This document shows positions 25,928 through 37,992 of a DNA stretch of 64,000 nucleotides, in pieces (position 1 is the stretch's first letter; each line of letters opens with the position of its first letter). The notes beneath the pieces were generated by a model. It worked only from the letters and a program-made list of their open reading frames with translations. It was not told where the DNA came from and made no database searches. Source of the DNA: Marsupella aquatica. Lineage: Eukaryota > Plantae > Marchantiophyta. A program made the translations under genes and the position numbers. Where the stretch lies: the NCBI GenBank assembly GCA_973895155.1, contig OZ316895.1, forward strand, positions 7,490,184 through 7,554,183, written 5' to 3'.

Positions 25928-28826
25928 ATGAGTGCAGCAGCGGCAGCCGGAAGTTTGAGGCGCTCATGGAAGCCTGTGAGCCGGATGGTCGTATGGCAGC
26001 TCCAGAGAACGACCACCGTGTCTGGTGGAATCCGGGGCATGAGCACAATCGTTGCTAGTAGCACTACTAGTTCCACATCCAGCTGGCTCAGTGGTTTGGC
26101 GATCGAGAAGAGCTTCATACGCTCGGCGGGTGTGGGAGCAGGGGAGAAATGGAAGAGTTCGTCGTTGATTAGTCCACCTCATGTGAGGTTTGCCAGCAGC
26201 AACTCAAGTGCTGCGGCTCAGAAGGAGGGGAAGGAGGAGGAGGAGGAAGAAGAGGAGCAGCAGGGTGAGAAGAAGATGACGGAGGCAGAATGGCTGGAAG
26301 CTAACCAATTACATAATTCTAACTACTGGGGTGTCACCACTTCCAAATCGCTGACTCGGGAGGATGGCACGAAGTGGCCATGGCATTGCTTCAAGGTGAT
26401 TTTCCTTCTGAATCGGTGATATCTTGGTCGTGTAGGCAATGACTTTGGTACTGAATAATTTCCCAGAATTTTACCGAGTGATCGTCTTCTTTATTAGATC
26501 AGGTTTCAATTCGTCATGTGATCCCACTTTAGGCCGATCGTACTGACTGACGTCGGAGATTTTGGGATTGCAGCCTTCTGACGCTTATAAGCCCAACTAC
26601 GACATTGATCTTCATAAGCATCGCGACCCAACACGTTTTGAGGAGAGATTTGCGCTGTGGGTGGTCAGTGTCCTCAAGAAGCCTACAGTTTGGTTCTACC
26701 AGGTAAATCAGTCACCCAAGCTAGGGTGCACCAGAGGATGGCATGAGGTGGTCATGACAGAAGGGTTACCCGGCTGAGAGATTCATGGGCTTAGCTAAAA
26801 CTCATTATTTTCTTTGGTTGATTCAAGTCCATCGAGACTCCGAGTAAATGAATGGATTCAATTACTTCGTGACCATCTCGCTGTACCTCTATAGATCTGA
26901 TTGGTTACGGGAAGAAAATGAACAGTGCCGGCAGTTCAAGCAGTACAGGATCGCCGCTGTCTAGCTGCTCTGCACCTACTCGTCCCAAAAGCAGCGTGCA
27001 GGGGGGCCAGCCGGAGATCTTGCAGTGCTGTGCTGTGGTCTATGACATAGAGAGCAGGTGAGTGGCTTTCGCCAACCTCTTCTGTTCCCGCCGTTCTATT
27101 TGTCTCCTATCACTGGGTAGGAGATGAGTTTCATTCCCTTTCAACTTTTGGTAGTACTCCCAATATGTTTGAAGTTCTGGATCAACATTTTCTGGTAGCG
27201 GTGAGATTGGTTCTTCCGGTCAACTCTAAAAGGAGTGCTCAGATTCGCACGTTTTACTTATACTGTTTTGGCATGGTCCATCACGTGGACCACCTGGTTT
27301 TGAAGCTAATGGGGAGGGTGGGGGTGTTACTTTTACGTCTTGCCTGTGCATATTATTCCTCCATTTGGATCGTCCTGAATGGTTGAAAGGTTGAGTTAGA
27401 ACCCTCAATGAAGCTTGAAATCGTCAGTAGCCGCCTTGTACGCGGTGTTATGTTCATTGGCGCAAGACTCTGAGAGACCTCGCTGTGATGTGCCATGTGC
27501 AGGAGCGTTATGGATGCCGAGCAATGATGCTGGAAACCGTAGCTGCAGTTCCCGGTATGGTGGGTGGCATGCTGCTGCACCTAAGGTCCTTGAGAAGGTT
27601 TGAGCAAACAGGGGGATGGATCAAGGCCTTGCTGGACGAAGCTGAGAACGAGCGCATGCACCTCATGAGTCTCCTGGAAGTTGTTAAGCCCAATTGGTAC
27701 GAAAGACTTCTTGTCGTCGCTGTCCAAGGGGTTTTCTTCAACTTCTACTTTCTGCTGTACGTCATATCGCCCCGGTTAGCGCATCGTGTCACCGGGTATC
27801 TCGAGGAGGAAGCCATCGTCTCGTACACAACCTTCTTGGAGGGGATAGACAACGGTACCGTGGAAAATGTTCCTGCTCCGGCCATTGCCATCGACTACTG
27901 GAGGTTGCCTAAAGATGCCAAGCTACGTGAAATGATAGTCGCGCTCCGTGCTGACGAAGCTCATCATCGTGATGTCAACCATTACGCTGCGGTACGTTTC
28001 CTTGAGTTTTATCAGAATTTCTTTCTAAACTTCGATCATTGTGTGGTCGGAAGGAGCTTCGGTTAGATTTGGTTGCATTGCCCTTCTACTTGGGAATTGT
28101 GTCTGGAAATTTCAATTTTTCCTTTCTGGGAGTTGGATCTCTAGAAAACTGGAACCGGCACTCTGGTTCTAACAGTACTTTAGCTTATTCCGATGTTAGA
28201 TGGCAATTAGGTTAGTCTCATGAGGTTCGTAGGATCTCCAATTTCCTTGCCTGTACTGCCTCTCTTTTGTCGATTGGCATGACCATTCTCTTCTCCTTAA
28301 GCTCTCCGGAAACTCCCCAATTTTCTTTCATGGAGTAGCTTTTCTAGAGTCAGTTGGATGAGCATTCTGTTCTCATGACGCTCGTCGAATTCCTGTCAAT
28401 TGGCATGACCGAAGTTCTCTTTATGCTCTCTGGAGTCTCCCCAATTTTCTTTCATGGAGTGGTTTTCTAGAGTCAGTTGGAGTGAGCATCCTCTTCTTAT
28501 AATGCTGTTCGGATTCTTTCTTTGAGTATCTGATCAAGACTCGGTTTTCATGACGGTCATTCTGACAATACTGTTCGGAGACTCCGACTGTCTTACCTGA
28601 GTAGCTGTGCTTGAGAGGAATTTCCTACGCGTAACTGTTCTCTTCTGACAATGGTTTTTCTGGAAATCCCAAAGTTCTGTCTGAAGGATCATTTGGACAA
28701 GGCAATCGTAGACCTTTTTTCAAAGCTTAAATGGAAAAATCTAAAAAGCGGTTGATTTTATTACAGGATATTCGAAACGAAGGAAAGCAGCTACATGAGT
28801 CTCCGGCCCCTGTTGATTATCATTAG
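25928..28826 (+). CDS. AOX: Mitochondrial alternative oxidase (ubiquinol oxidase), 4 exons, 381 aa
   Basis: Exons 25928-26395, 26574-26702 (129 bp), 27503-27991 (489 bp), 28767-28826, all GT-AG and phase 0. The 129- and 489-bp exon sizes are the canonical plant AOX ones. Di-iron motifs [17 protein letters not shown] and RADEAHH are present, as are CysI (WHCFKP), CysII (GCRAMM) and an N-terminal transit-like peptide. Confidence 0.97.
28269..28520. repeat. Degenerate ~125-bp tandem duplication in AOX intron 3
   Basis: ttggcatgacc...ctccccaattttctttcatggagt...tttctagagtcagttgga..gagcat occurs twice. Confidence 0.75.
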
Positions 28827-29779
28827 AAGTCTGAATACATTCGGGACTTCGGGTCAAATTCGACTCTTCTGAGAAGGCAACAATGCTGCGAAATTTGAGG
28901 TCAGGAGTGACACACAGCGGTCTTGACTTGAAGGCAAGGACGAAGTGTTGAACTTCATCAAATTAAGCAGCTGTACATATTTTGACACAGTCGAAGGGTA
29001 CAATTAATTATAGGTGCTATGTAGTGTTCGGATTGAACCATATTGATTATATACCATTCAAATTCTTCGTGAAAATATTCGTGAAGTTGAAAGAAGATTT
29101 CTGGCGAAAAAGTTTATGGATGTGAACTGCATTGAATATCCTCTAGTGTTGGTTCCCAATAAGCTCAACCCTGGTAATGACAAAGTCATCATTGACATTA
29201 CTGTCAGTTTTGCTATTGGTGACGTCCGTGATGTAAATTTTTGCTTTCTAACGAAGATACAACGTTAGATCTCTATACTTTCGTCAATTGCAGTGGGAAT
29301 CTTGACACACTTCATTTAGCCGTACAACGGGGGATTGCTGCTGTGACAAATTGCTCAGCTCGAAAATGGGAATTTTAGCTTTGCGTTGAAGATACTATCA
29401 CAGCTCCTATGACGTGACTGCCATCGACAAATCGAGAAATCAAGCAAGCTACTCAGGAACTCTGAAAATTTGTTTTCACTACCTCCTAAGCAAAAAGTGC
29501 TGCACCGGTTTCCAGAGACTTTGCCAACGGTAGGCTGAAGTAGATTGAGCGTCAAGGAGGGGGGTGTTAGCTTTCAATCCAGATTCGAAAAACGTATTGG
29601 GCACGGAAAGAATTTGTGTCGGCTCTTAGCATCATCTTGAAGTCCCACGCTGGGCAGTGGTATTTTACTTCAGAGCTTGTCTCAGATGACCGCCACATTA
29701 GTTTTGCTTAAACCCCTAAACAAACTGAATCACTTCGTGCCTCTATTCTGTCAAGCCTAGCAATGATGTTAAGCCTGGT

Positions 29780-29950
29780 CTAAGCATCACTAAGTTGGTC
29801 AGGCAGTTCTAAGCTATGGGGAGTTGGTGACTCTGAGGAAGGTATGGGGAGTTGACAAGACTGCGTTCAAGCATAGAGTTGGTCAGGCACTTAAAGCTAT
29901 GGGGCGTTGGGGACTTTGGGGAAGATATGGGGAGTCAACAGAATTGCGAG
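29780..29950. repeat. Degenerate ~85-bp direct repeat, two copies
   Basis: agttggtcaggca...aagctatgggg.gttgg.gact.tg.ggaag.tatggggagt occurs twice. Confidence 0.7.
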
Positions 29951-29990
29951 TTGAACCTACACTGTGTGAGTACTCTCTAGGATATCAGGT

Positions 29991-30159
29991 GACCCTTATT
30001 CTGCTCGTGCCACTCTTGAAGCAGCCTACCCAATGCCTTGCTCAACGACCTTACTCTGCTCGTGCCACTTTTGAGGCAGCCTGCCCAATGCCTTGCTCAA
30101 CGACCTTACTCTGCTCGTGCCACTTTTGAGGCAGCCTGCCCAATGCCTTGCTCAACGAC
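29991..30159. repeat. 55-bp minisatellite, three copies
   Basis: gaccttactctgctcgtgccacttttgaggcagcctgcccaatgccttgctcaac in tandem; the first copy is slightly diverged. Confidence 0.92.
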
Positions 30160-30744
30160 GGTTAATGTTTTGTCATCCGCCCACATCCATGTGCTGAGGA
30201 TTGTGTTGGACTGTATGTGGATTCAGTGAGGATCCTATTCTATGTTCTCTATGAAGGATTGTTTGCCTTCATTCCGCTTCACTTTCATTGACATAGACAA
30301 GCCGGGAAAGTCACTCCACATACACCGACGTGCTCAAGTATGCAATCTGCAACAGAGTCCAGCTTCATGCATTTCTATGTTTGTATATGTTGTTCACTGA
30401 GCAGATTAATTTTAGGGTGTGTGAAATGTGGAATACCTTGTCATGCTTCGTCATTTATGGTTTGCAGATAATGTTTTTCGCCCATTGTAGGAATTTGGGC
30501 TGTCTGAACTTGGCATTCAACTAGACCTTCATTTGTTGATGCGGGATTTGATGCAGGGAATGTTGCGTTTAGGATGCACTCTGCAACCTTGGAAAAATAA
30601 GCCTCATGTTCCACCGGAGGCAAAATGAGAGAGGCCAAGATCAATGAACATTGGATGAAAGCAAAGATTCAAGCCAAAGAAGAACATGTGTGTACAAGAT
30701 TTCTCTACACAATAATGACCAATGACTCTTGTCAATGTTTTCTC

Positions 30745-31336
30745 TAGAAGTAGATGTTCCTGGGTGATATGCGATCAGTACATCACAAGAATCCAATATT
30801 GTCCAATCAATATCCCAAATATAGACACAACAAACATATTTATATTTTAAAATTTAACATCACTCCATTTATTTTTCATAAAGTTTACTCTTGGTTAGTG
30901 TCAGTTGTTTGTTCTATCCCCTTACATGTTAGTTTAAGTTTTGTATTATGATTATATATGCACATGTGCATTGGTTTAGGTTTTGATATTCGGACAATTT
31001 TCCTGTTGTTTACTTGCAAGAATCTACCCGGTGTAGTTGTTGTAATGCATAATCGACAATCAACTTTGGACTCCTACCCTGAACAGCATGGAAGTTGAAG
31101 TGTCAGCAGATGACGCGGTTGCTATGTTGGGCTCACAACCTCAAACAGGCTCAATGGGGATGAAACCCAATGGAATTTGAGCATGACAACAAAGCGCTGA
31201 AATCATAAGAATTCATTAACATGTCCTCCATTATGAAAGAAAGTATCATTGGTTTTTAGCATAATCATCCTCTCGACCTATAGGCAAATGAGTTGGTCAT
31301 GACTGTGATTATACCAAAAAGTAATGATATTTCCTT
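30745..31336. repeat. Left arm and centre of a ~1.1-kb degenerate foldback palindrome
   Basis: agaagtagatgtt...atatgcgatcagtacatcacaagaatccaa, tatgcacatgtgcattggtttaggttttg and ggttgctatgttgggctc have reverse-complement counterparts at 59888-60424. The symmetry centre is near 31285. Confidence 0.8.
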
Positions 31337-31663
31337 TGTCACACCATTTAGAGTGGTAGTAAAGTATATCGTACTATCTAGGGTATAGAGGTTTTGTATG
31401 TGTGCTATATGAGCACTTTGTGTTTAGTTTGAGTTGTTGTGAGGGATAGTTATCCCCTTGTGTTGGCTCAAAGGCCTCATCTTTCAATGTTGAGCCTTTG
31501 AGCATGAGCTTGGTGGCTATGGTGTGGCTGACCAGGTTGTGTGCATGTAACGTGGATTCCTTGAAGCACAAGGTGCGTTGGCTTGACATATATGTGTGAT
31601 CATGTCGGATGGATCGATGTTGGATTAGCACTGATCGTTGTTCGATTTCATCCATTGAAGATT
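31337..31663 (+). repeat. Terminal repeat A1 of the retroelement
   Basis: Near-identical to 59410-59738 (tgtcacaccatttagagtgg...ttcatccattgaagatt). Confidence 0.93.
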
Positions 31664-32245
31664 ACATTGAAAGATCACTCCAAGTTGATTCGAAGTTGTT
31701 TCGAAGCTTGCTATATTGCAGAGTTGATCCATGGTAGCTTGGATTGTTGAGATCTTGCTGGTTGATTTGTTGTAGCTCAAGTCAGATCAGCCGTTGGTAG
31801 ATTGGAGATTGTGAGCTATTGATTGCTCTGAGAGTACAGCTTGGTGCTGTTTGAAGCTCTTTGATAGTTTGTTCATTGAAGTCCTCTCTGGAGTTGATTA
31901 CCGGATTGACATTTGGAGCTTCTCGAAGCTATGGCAATGAGGGACTGATCGAAGATCAGAAGGTGCCTCAAGTGGTAGTTGCTACATTGTGTTTTTGGAG
32001 TTCTAGTCCACACCGATTGCGTTGCAGCATCGCAAAGGCTATTGCGGATTTGAGATTCGTTGATGGATAGTACACTTTTACAAAGAAAGTGACAATCAAA
32101 TGTTGGTGAATTGCATTGTTGGCGTCATGATGGAGTCCGCATTGAAACGAGGTGCGGCGGCGACCTAGGGCACAAGGAACACGACAATATTGTTGAACAG
32201 TGGTTTGGTCCGAGAATTGCGGTGTGTTTTGTGACGCGCCTTGTT

Positions 32246-32828
32246 TTGGACTGGGATCATCCGAGTCCAATTGTGGGTTGTCTCTTGAGACTTCAGTTTG
32301 ACTCGAAGCTGGATTTGGATTGGGATCATCCGAGTCCAATTGTGGGTTGTCTCTTGAGACTTCAGTTTGACTCGAAGCTGGATTTGGATTGGGATCATCC
32401 TAGTCCAATTGTGGGTTGTCTCTTGAGACTGCATTTTGACTCGAAGTTGAATTTGGACTGGGATCATCCCAATCCAACTATACATTGGTAACTTCGGACC
32501 CCATTTGGATTTGAAGTTGAAGTTGGATTGGGATCATCCCAATCCAACTGTACATTGACAACGTTGGAGACTTGATTTTGGGCGAAGGTGAATTTGGATT
32601 GGGATCATCCCAATCCAACTGAATGTTGGCGTGTCCAGAGACCTCATCTGGACCTTGAAATGGATTTGGATTGGGATCATCCCAATCCAACTGTATGTTG
32701 GTGTGTCCAGAGACCTCATCTAGACCTTGAAGTGGATTTGGATTAGGATCACCCAATCCAACTGTATCTTGGCGACTTCACCTATGTAGAGGACGTGAAG
32801 GACTTGGACTGGGATCATCCCACTCCAA
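32246..32828. repeat. Array of nine 25-bp palindromes (TTGGATTGGGAT-C-ATCCCAATCCAA) spaced 66-72 bp apart
   Basis: Copies start at 32246, 32315, 32384, 32453, 32523, 32594, 32666, 32738 and 32804. The intervening 42-47 bp are more divergent but mutually related. Confidence 0.92.
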
Positions 32829-33573
32829 CTTGTGGACCGGGTGTCCGGATGACTATTGAATGGATTTGAATTGGAGGTTCACCCCGACGTAGCAAAATGT
32901 GGCGGGTGTGAAGGGCTCCCTCGGGCTCATCTCGGCGTTTCAAGGCGACTCATGAGGAGGGGCGTGAGGGCGGAATAGGAGCCAGACCGGAGCGGGCCGC
33001 AAGGTAGCTTGCTGGTACGTGAGGAGTAGTTGACAATTGGGTGGTTTGGAGTGCCTAAGTTGGTGCATAACTCCAAGGGGGAGGTCACCCATCCCAAAGC
33101 TATTCCTCCTGCGCGTGCTTAACCATGGGGTTTATATGGCATGTAGTGTACACACAAGCTTTCACAACTTGTTGTCTAAGTTAAAGGGCCAGGGGGCTTT
33201 ATACACTTATTAGTTTGTCTAGAGACCTGTTTTGGGCCAAATTAGAAGCTACTTAGAGGTTTTTGATACCTCTGAATCCATCTAGATGCATAGATTGGAG
33301 TAATTTTGCATGGATTCTTAGCTACAACCTTGGGGCATTGTGAAGCCTATCATGAAGGTGATGGTGATGATTTAGAGCAGATTTATCATCACGGATTCTT
33401 CGGGTGCTACGGGACTGTCCGAGGGACAGAGGACCGGTTTCACTCGAAGTGGGGTGCCGTTTCGGCCAACAACATTGATAGCAGTTGCAAGTGCAGCTTC
33501 AGATAGTGATTCTGACAAGGACTCTGTGACCAGTTCTCCTTGTCATCAGGTGATTGCACTTTTGTTGTGGGAT

Positions 33574-34971
33574 ATGGAAGAGATGTACGGGGCTACAAAG
33601 GGCCCACGACGATACTCTGGTGCAGTTGGCACGATTGATCTGGATGACTTCATCCAGGAGTTTGATACGTGGTGCGATATGCAGTCATTGCATAATGCCA
33701 TGTTGTTTACCCCTTTCATGGCATGGAAGGGATTATTTCAGCATTTGGAGGGGCCATCCATGGATGACTACCATGAGTTTCGGAAGGCTCATTTGGTTGA
33801 GATTGAGGCATGGAGGCAGCATTGGTCGCCTAATTATGTGTCCATCACCTATGGCACTAGAGCGGCTGCCCAACCCATTGCTACAGTTATTTCTTCTTCT
33901 AGCAGCACTAGCCAGAGTGGCACACCATCTACAAGTACCACTCCAACAATATCCACCACTACTCCTACCGGTGCGATTGTGACAGGGGTTGGAGTTACGC
34001 CAACGCTTAACCCTGTGGTGGAGTTCTTTGAAGTATTAAAGCAAAACTATCAGGGTGTGAGGACTGATAAGTTGAAGGGTCTCTAGGAGTTTCAGCGCAA
34101 GACTAGAGAGAGTCTACGTGAGACATACACTCGTATGCGCAGATTGATCACTGTCACCAAGGGAGTGACAATGACTCAGGCAGTCCAATTTTGGTATGCA
34201 ATTCTGGATAGAGAATTGCGATGTAGAGTGAGAGATGTCACTCTGCTTAGGGATGCAAATCCCACATTGGCAATTGTTTTTACACTTTCTGAGCGAATTG
34301 AGGTCAATATGGTGAATGAGAAGGTGGTGACTTCTGGATTTGCCAAGGAAGCACCAAAGGCTGCATCTACATCTACACCACAGCCTACTGCACAGAAGAG
34401 CCAAAGGGAGAAGCCTACTGCACGAGAGTCTACCAGTCAGAGACCTGTGCCTTCCTATGTTGGACAGCAGTCAGGATGTTAGACCTGTAGTGGGGATCAT
34501 GTGCAGCGGTATTGCCCTGATCATAGAGGGTCAGGAGGGGCCTCAACACCTGATCAACGGCAGTGTGATCATTGTGGAGCTCTTGGACACACCAAGGATA
34601 GGTGTTTTTCACTCCATCCTGAGTTACGGAGAGGAGGACAACGCACACATGATCAGGGAAGAGGAGGTAGAGGTGGTAGTCATGGCCGAGGTATGCCACA
34701 TGTAGCAAGGCAGGGAGGTGATACTGCTCCTACTGTGACCACCGATCCTAAGGATGCTAAGATTGCTCAATTGAAGCAACAACTAGCTGCTATGGCTAGT
34801 TCTCAAGTCAGATTTGCTTCTAGTGATGGGGCTTCCACATCTTATGGAGCTGATGGGGACCTTGCCACCATGGGATTCATGTGTGGCACTGCACATATTG
34901 ATGCATCAGCAGCTTTGACACGTGGAGCAGCCAAAGCTTTTGAGCCCCGAGGAGCAGTAGTGGAGCTAGAT
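33574..34971 (+). pseudogene. gag: Retrotransposon Gag with two zinc knuckles
   Basis: MEEMYGATKGPRRYSGAVGTIDLDDFIQEFDTWCD...; C*TCSGDHVQRYC and CDHCGALGHTKDRC knuckles; in-frame TAG stops at 34084 and 34480. The frame resumes at 35564 after the TIR insertion. Confidence 0.8.
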
Positions 34972-35557
34972 CCCCTAGGCCCTCACTCTTTGTATATTAT
35001 ACAATCATACCTGTGAGCCTCCCCTACACAGGTACCCCTTCTTATTAATTTTTCTCCTATAGAGATTATCCTTGTGTTTTATAAAAACCAAAAATTTCCT
35101 CTTATTAAAGTCTCTTGAGTGTATTACAAAAGGGAGTTTTGGGCAATAATAATTATCCTTCATATATTACAATTTCACTCCACACACCCGGTCCATCCCC
35201 CATCGCCCTTAATCCTCCCTTCAAAACTTTTCTGGCTTAGCATAGCTGCCAGTATTAACATTTTAATCTATGAAGGAGACATGGATACTATAAGGATAAT
35301 ACACGTGTACCAATTATAATTTGACACGTGTACCAACAATATGATGTCGCGTGTTGCTACCTATTGATTTACCCTTCCGCAAAAGTAAGAAGGATGCCAT
35401 TTCAAGGGATCTTGCAAAATTACAAAGTGGTTTTGGTATATATGCGAAGGTTGCGGAATTGTAACCGGATTATAAAAATTACCGCCGAAGGGATAAAAAT
35501 GACCCTTGAACGGTTCTCACATCCTCCCCATATTAGAAAGGAGTGGGGGCCCAGGGG
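34972..35557. mobile_element. 586-bp non-autonomous TIR element (MITE-like) with a 6-bp TSD
   Basis: TIRs cccctaggccctcactctttgtatat and atattagaaaggagtgggggcccagggg; TSD ctagat at 34966-34971 and 35558-35563. Excision restores the reading frame GAVVELD-SERGDARRQ. Confidence 0.88.
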
Positions 35558-36039
35558 CTAGATTCAGAGAGGGGGGATGCACGTCGACAGACAAAGCTTC
35601 CTCAGTCTTTTACATTGTTAGAGACAGTTCAAATTGCCTCTATGAACCCGGTTCAGACAAACCCTAGTGTGGGTAAGTTGGCAGGATCAGGTAGTGATGT
35701 AGTAGGGATGACAGGTACCTTGCTGGGGCAGCTACTACCATAGTGCGCACCCCATTATTTTTAGCGACAAACATGCTGAACTTGGGAGTTGGTCCTACAT
35801 AAGTGTTTAGATTGGCAGCTACACTCTGTGAGGACACTCCAATCGTTGCTTCCCACGCAGAAGCAACTTGCAGTGTTGAAGCAGTGACGACCATGCCACC
35901 TACTGCTACTAGTGAGACCTGGCATGCAGCAGCAGTGAGGTTGGTGGATTTACCAGCACGCCCTGCATTTGAGAGGACTAGGTTTAAACCTAGTGTTGTG
36001 TCATTGGATAATCGGAGTGGTATCTTCCGATTAGTTGGG

Positions 36040-36400
36040 CCTACTGGAGCCATATACCAGCCAAAGAGAGTGTTACTGGATATTGGTGCTCAGCCCTTGA
36101 TGTTGGGTAAGTCTGCAGTATGAGGATTGGCATTGCGTCCAGATGATCTGGAGGAGTGTCCCTTTCCTATTCAGACTTCATTGGGGGGACCTACACCCAC
36201 ACAACACATCACCAGACGACCACTTGAATTGAGGATTCAAGAGGGTCATGCCAAGGATAGCTCCCACATACAGGCGCAAGCTATTTTGACTAAGGCAAAG
36301 TCCTATGATGTGTTGGTGGGATGTACAGTATTGTACCCCATGGGATTTATTCTTGATTTTTGGGATGAATCAGTGTCATATCGACCTGATTGGCAGTCAG
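36040..36400 (+). pseudogene. Retroviral-type aspartic protease
   Basis: KRVLLDIGAQPLMLG (D-T/S-G-like active-site motif) followed by YDVLVGCTVL; in-frame TGA at 36121. Confidence 0.7.
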
Positions 36401-36804
36401 GAGATGCTCGATTGAGTAGGTTGCCAGTGCGATTTAGTGGACTTGTGAGAGGCCCTAAAACCACACTATTGTCTTTGGCAGCCTTCAGTGGTGCGATCAT
36501 TGATCCTGATGATTTGATGGAGGGTAATGCACATGCAGCAGATGTTCCATCAATGGAGGAGTCACATGAGGAGCAGATGGTGCAAAGGAGCAACCTGGAT
36601 TGGGATGATCCCAATCCAACTAGTGTTGTGCCACCAATATGGGGTACTGCACAAGCCTTGCCATAGAGGGCAGCACAATTGGTACATGATGCATGGCATC
36701 ATGCTTTTACACCACAATCAGGAGCAGAGCAGTCTCCTACAAGTGGGCCAATGACTCTTTCACCATTGGATACCACTCCTATTGCGTGGCAGTATCCACT
36801 AGAG

Positions 36805-37743
36805 GGTATTTGTTTGTTGGATCTATTTGGTGGGATTAGCACTGGATTGGCTACTATTCTTCAGGCAGGAATTCCTGTACATCGTTACTTGTATGTGGAG
36901 ATAGATGAGACCACACGAAGAGTCTCATTGCATCATGCCGCATTGTTAGTGGATCGTTATCCACACTTGTTGCCAGTGGATGCTGTTTGTGGCTATCAGC
37001 ATGCACTACCTGCTGATATTTCACTGTTGGGGGCGGATCATTTGGATCGCATTGGCCCTATTGATTTGGTGATTGCTGGTTGGCCATGTCAAGGTCAATC
37101 TAGAGCTGGAGTTGGACATGGACTTCATGATCCACGCTTTGCACTGTTTTGGGAGATGCTACGGGTATTGCGTCATCTCCAGTTACATCAAACACATTCC
37201 CCTGCCTACATTTTGGAGAATGTGCCACTATTGGGTGATGAGCGTCATCGACTTGTTGCTAGTGTTCATCAGGTCAGATCTTGGATTGGACCTGCTGTGT
37301 TATTGGATGCTGCACGTGTGAGTTCTCGTGCACATCGTCCACGCTTGTGGTGGACTAATTTGTTACCTTGTGAAGTGTTGAAGCGAGCATTTGATAGCAT
37401 TCCTCGCTCAACATCCTTGGTGATGGATAATATTTTGGATCCAGGGCATTGTGCACAACATGTGACCCAGTCTGACAGACCTCCATTGGCAGTGGTCAAT
37501 GTAGTTGGTCACCCGCGTTGTGAATTACCCACTTTTGTGAGCCATTCTGCTTCATATGCATTTAGAGCAGGTGGGCCTGGACTTGTGTGGGATACAGCTC
37601 TACAGTAGTTAGTGGAGCCTACCATTGATGAAAGAGAGCGTGCTATGGGATTTTTGACAGGCACTACTGCAGTTGCCTCAGTGTCAGAGAGTTCTCGCTG
37701 CCAAGTCCTTGGTCAAGCCATGGATTTGAATTGCTTGACTTGG
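36805..37743 (+). pseudogene. C5-cytosine DNA methyltransferase domain (DNMT3-like motif style) inside pol
   Basis: Motif I LLDLFGGISTG, II YVEID, III ADI, IV IAGWPCQGQS, VI ILENV, VIII AHRPRLWWTN, IX ERERAMGF..GTT, X RCQVLGQAMD, in canonical order. Same frame as PR and RT; one TAG at 37606. Confidence 0.9.
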
Positions 37744-37992
37744 ATTATCAACTTGAGAGTAGCTGAACAGTTGCGGATGCGCTCTGCTGGTGTTACTGAT
37801 CGTCCATTAGTGAGCTTGCGGTCCACTGAGATAGTGATGACCACAGCTAGGGGCGAGCAGACAGTCCATGGACCTATGGCAGGATTGGCCAAGGCTGGAC
37901 AGATAGTTGAGTAGGAAGGGACTGCTCAATCTACTGCTAAATAGCAATCATCGGCTATCTCTTCTACCCTACAAAAAGATATTAGGGATCTG

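Noticed and set aside
31968-32756. ORFs with LDWDHP / LDWDDPNP repeats as real proteins
   Set aside because: They are translations of the palindromic array and are open on both strands, and the unit lengths are not consistently multiples of three.
32246-32828. True CRISPR array
   Set aside because: The spacers are related to each other and some are duplicated. There are no cas genes, and the array lies inside a eukaryotic retrotransposon. Kept as a palindromic tandem array.
33050-33340. Possible additional MITE in the retroelement leader
   Set aside because: Only weak inverted similarity at the ends and no identifiable TSD.
36679-37608. Bacterial restriction-modification MTase or contamination
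   Set aside because: It is in frame within a Gypsy pol, has no neighbouring endonuclease, and is flanked by intron-containing plant genes.
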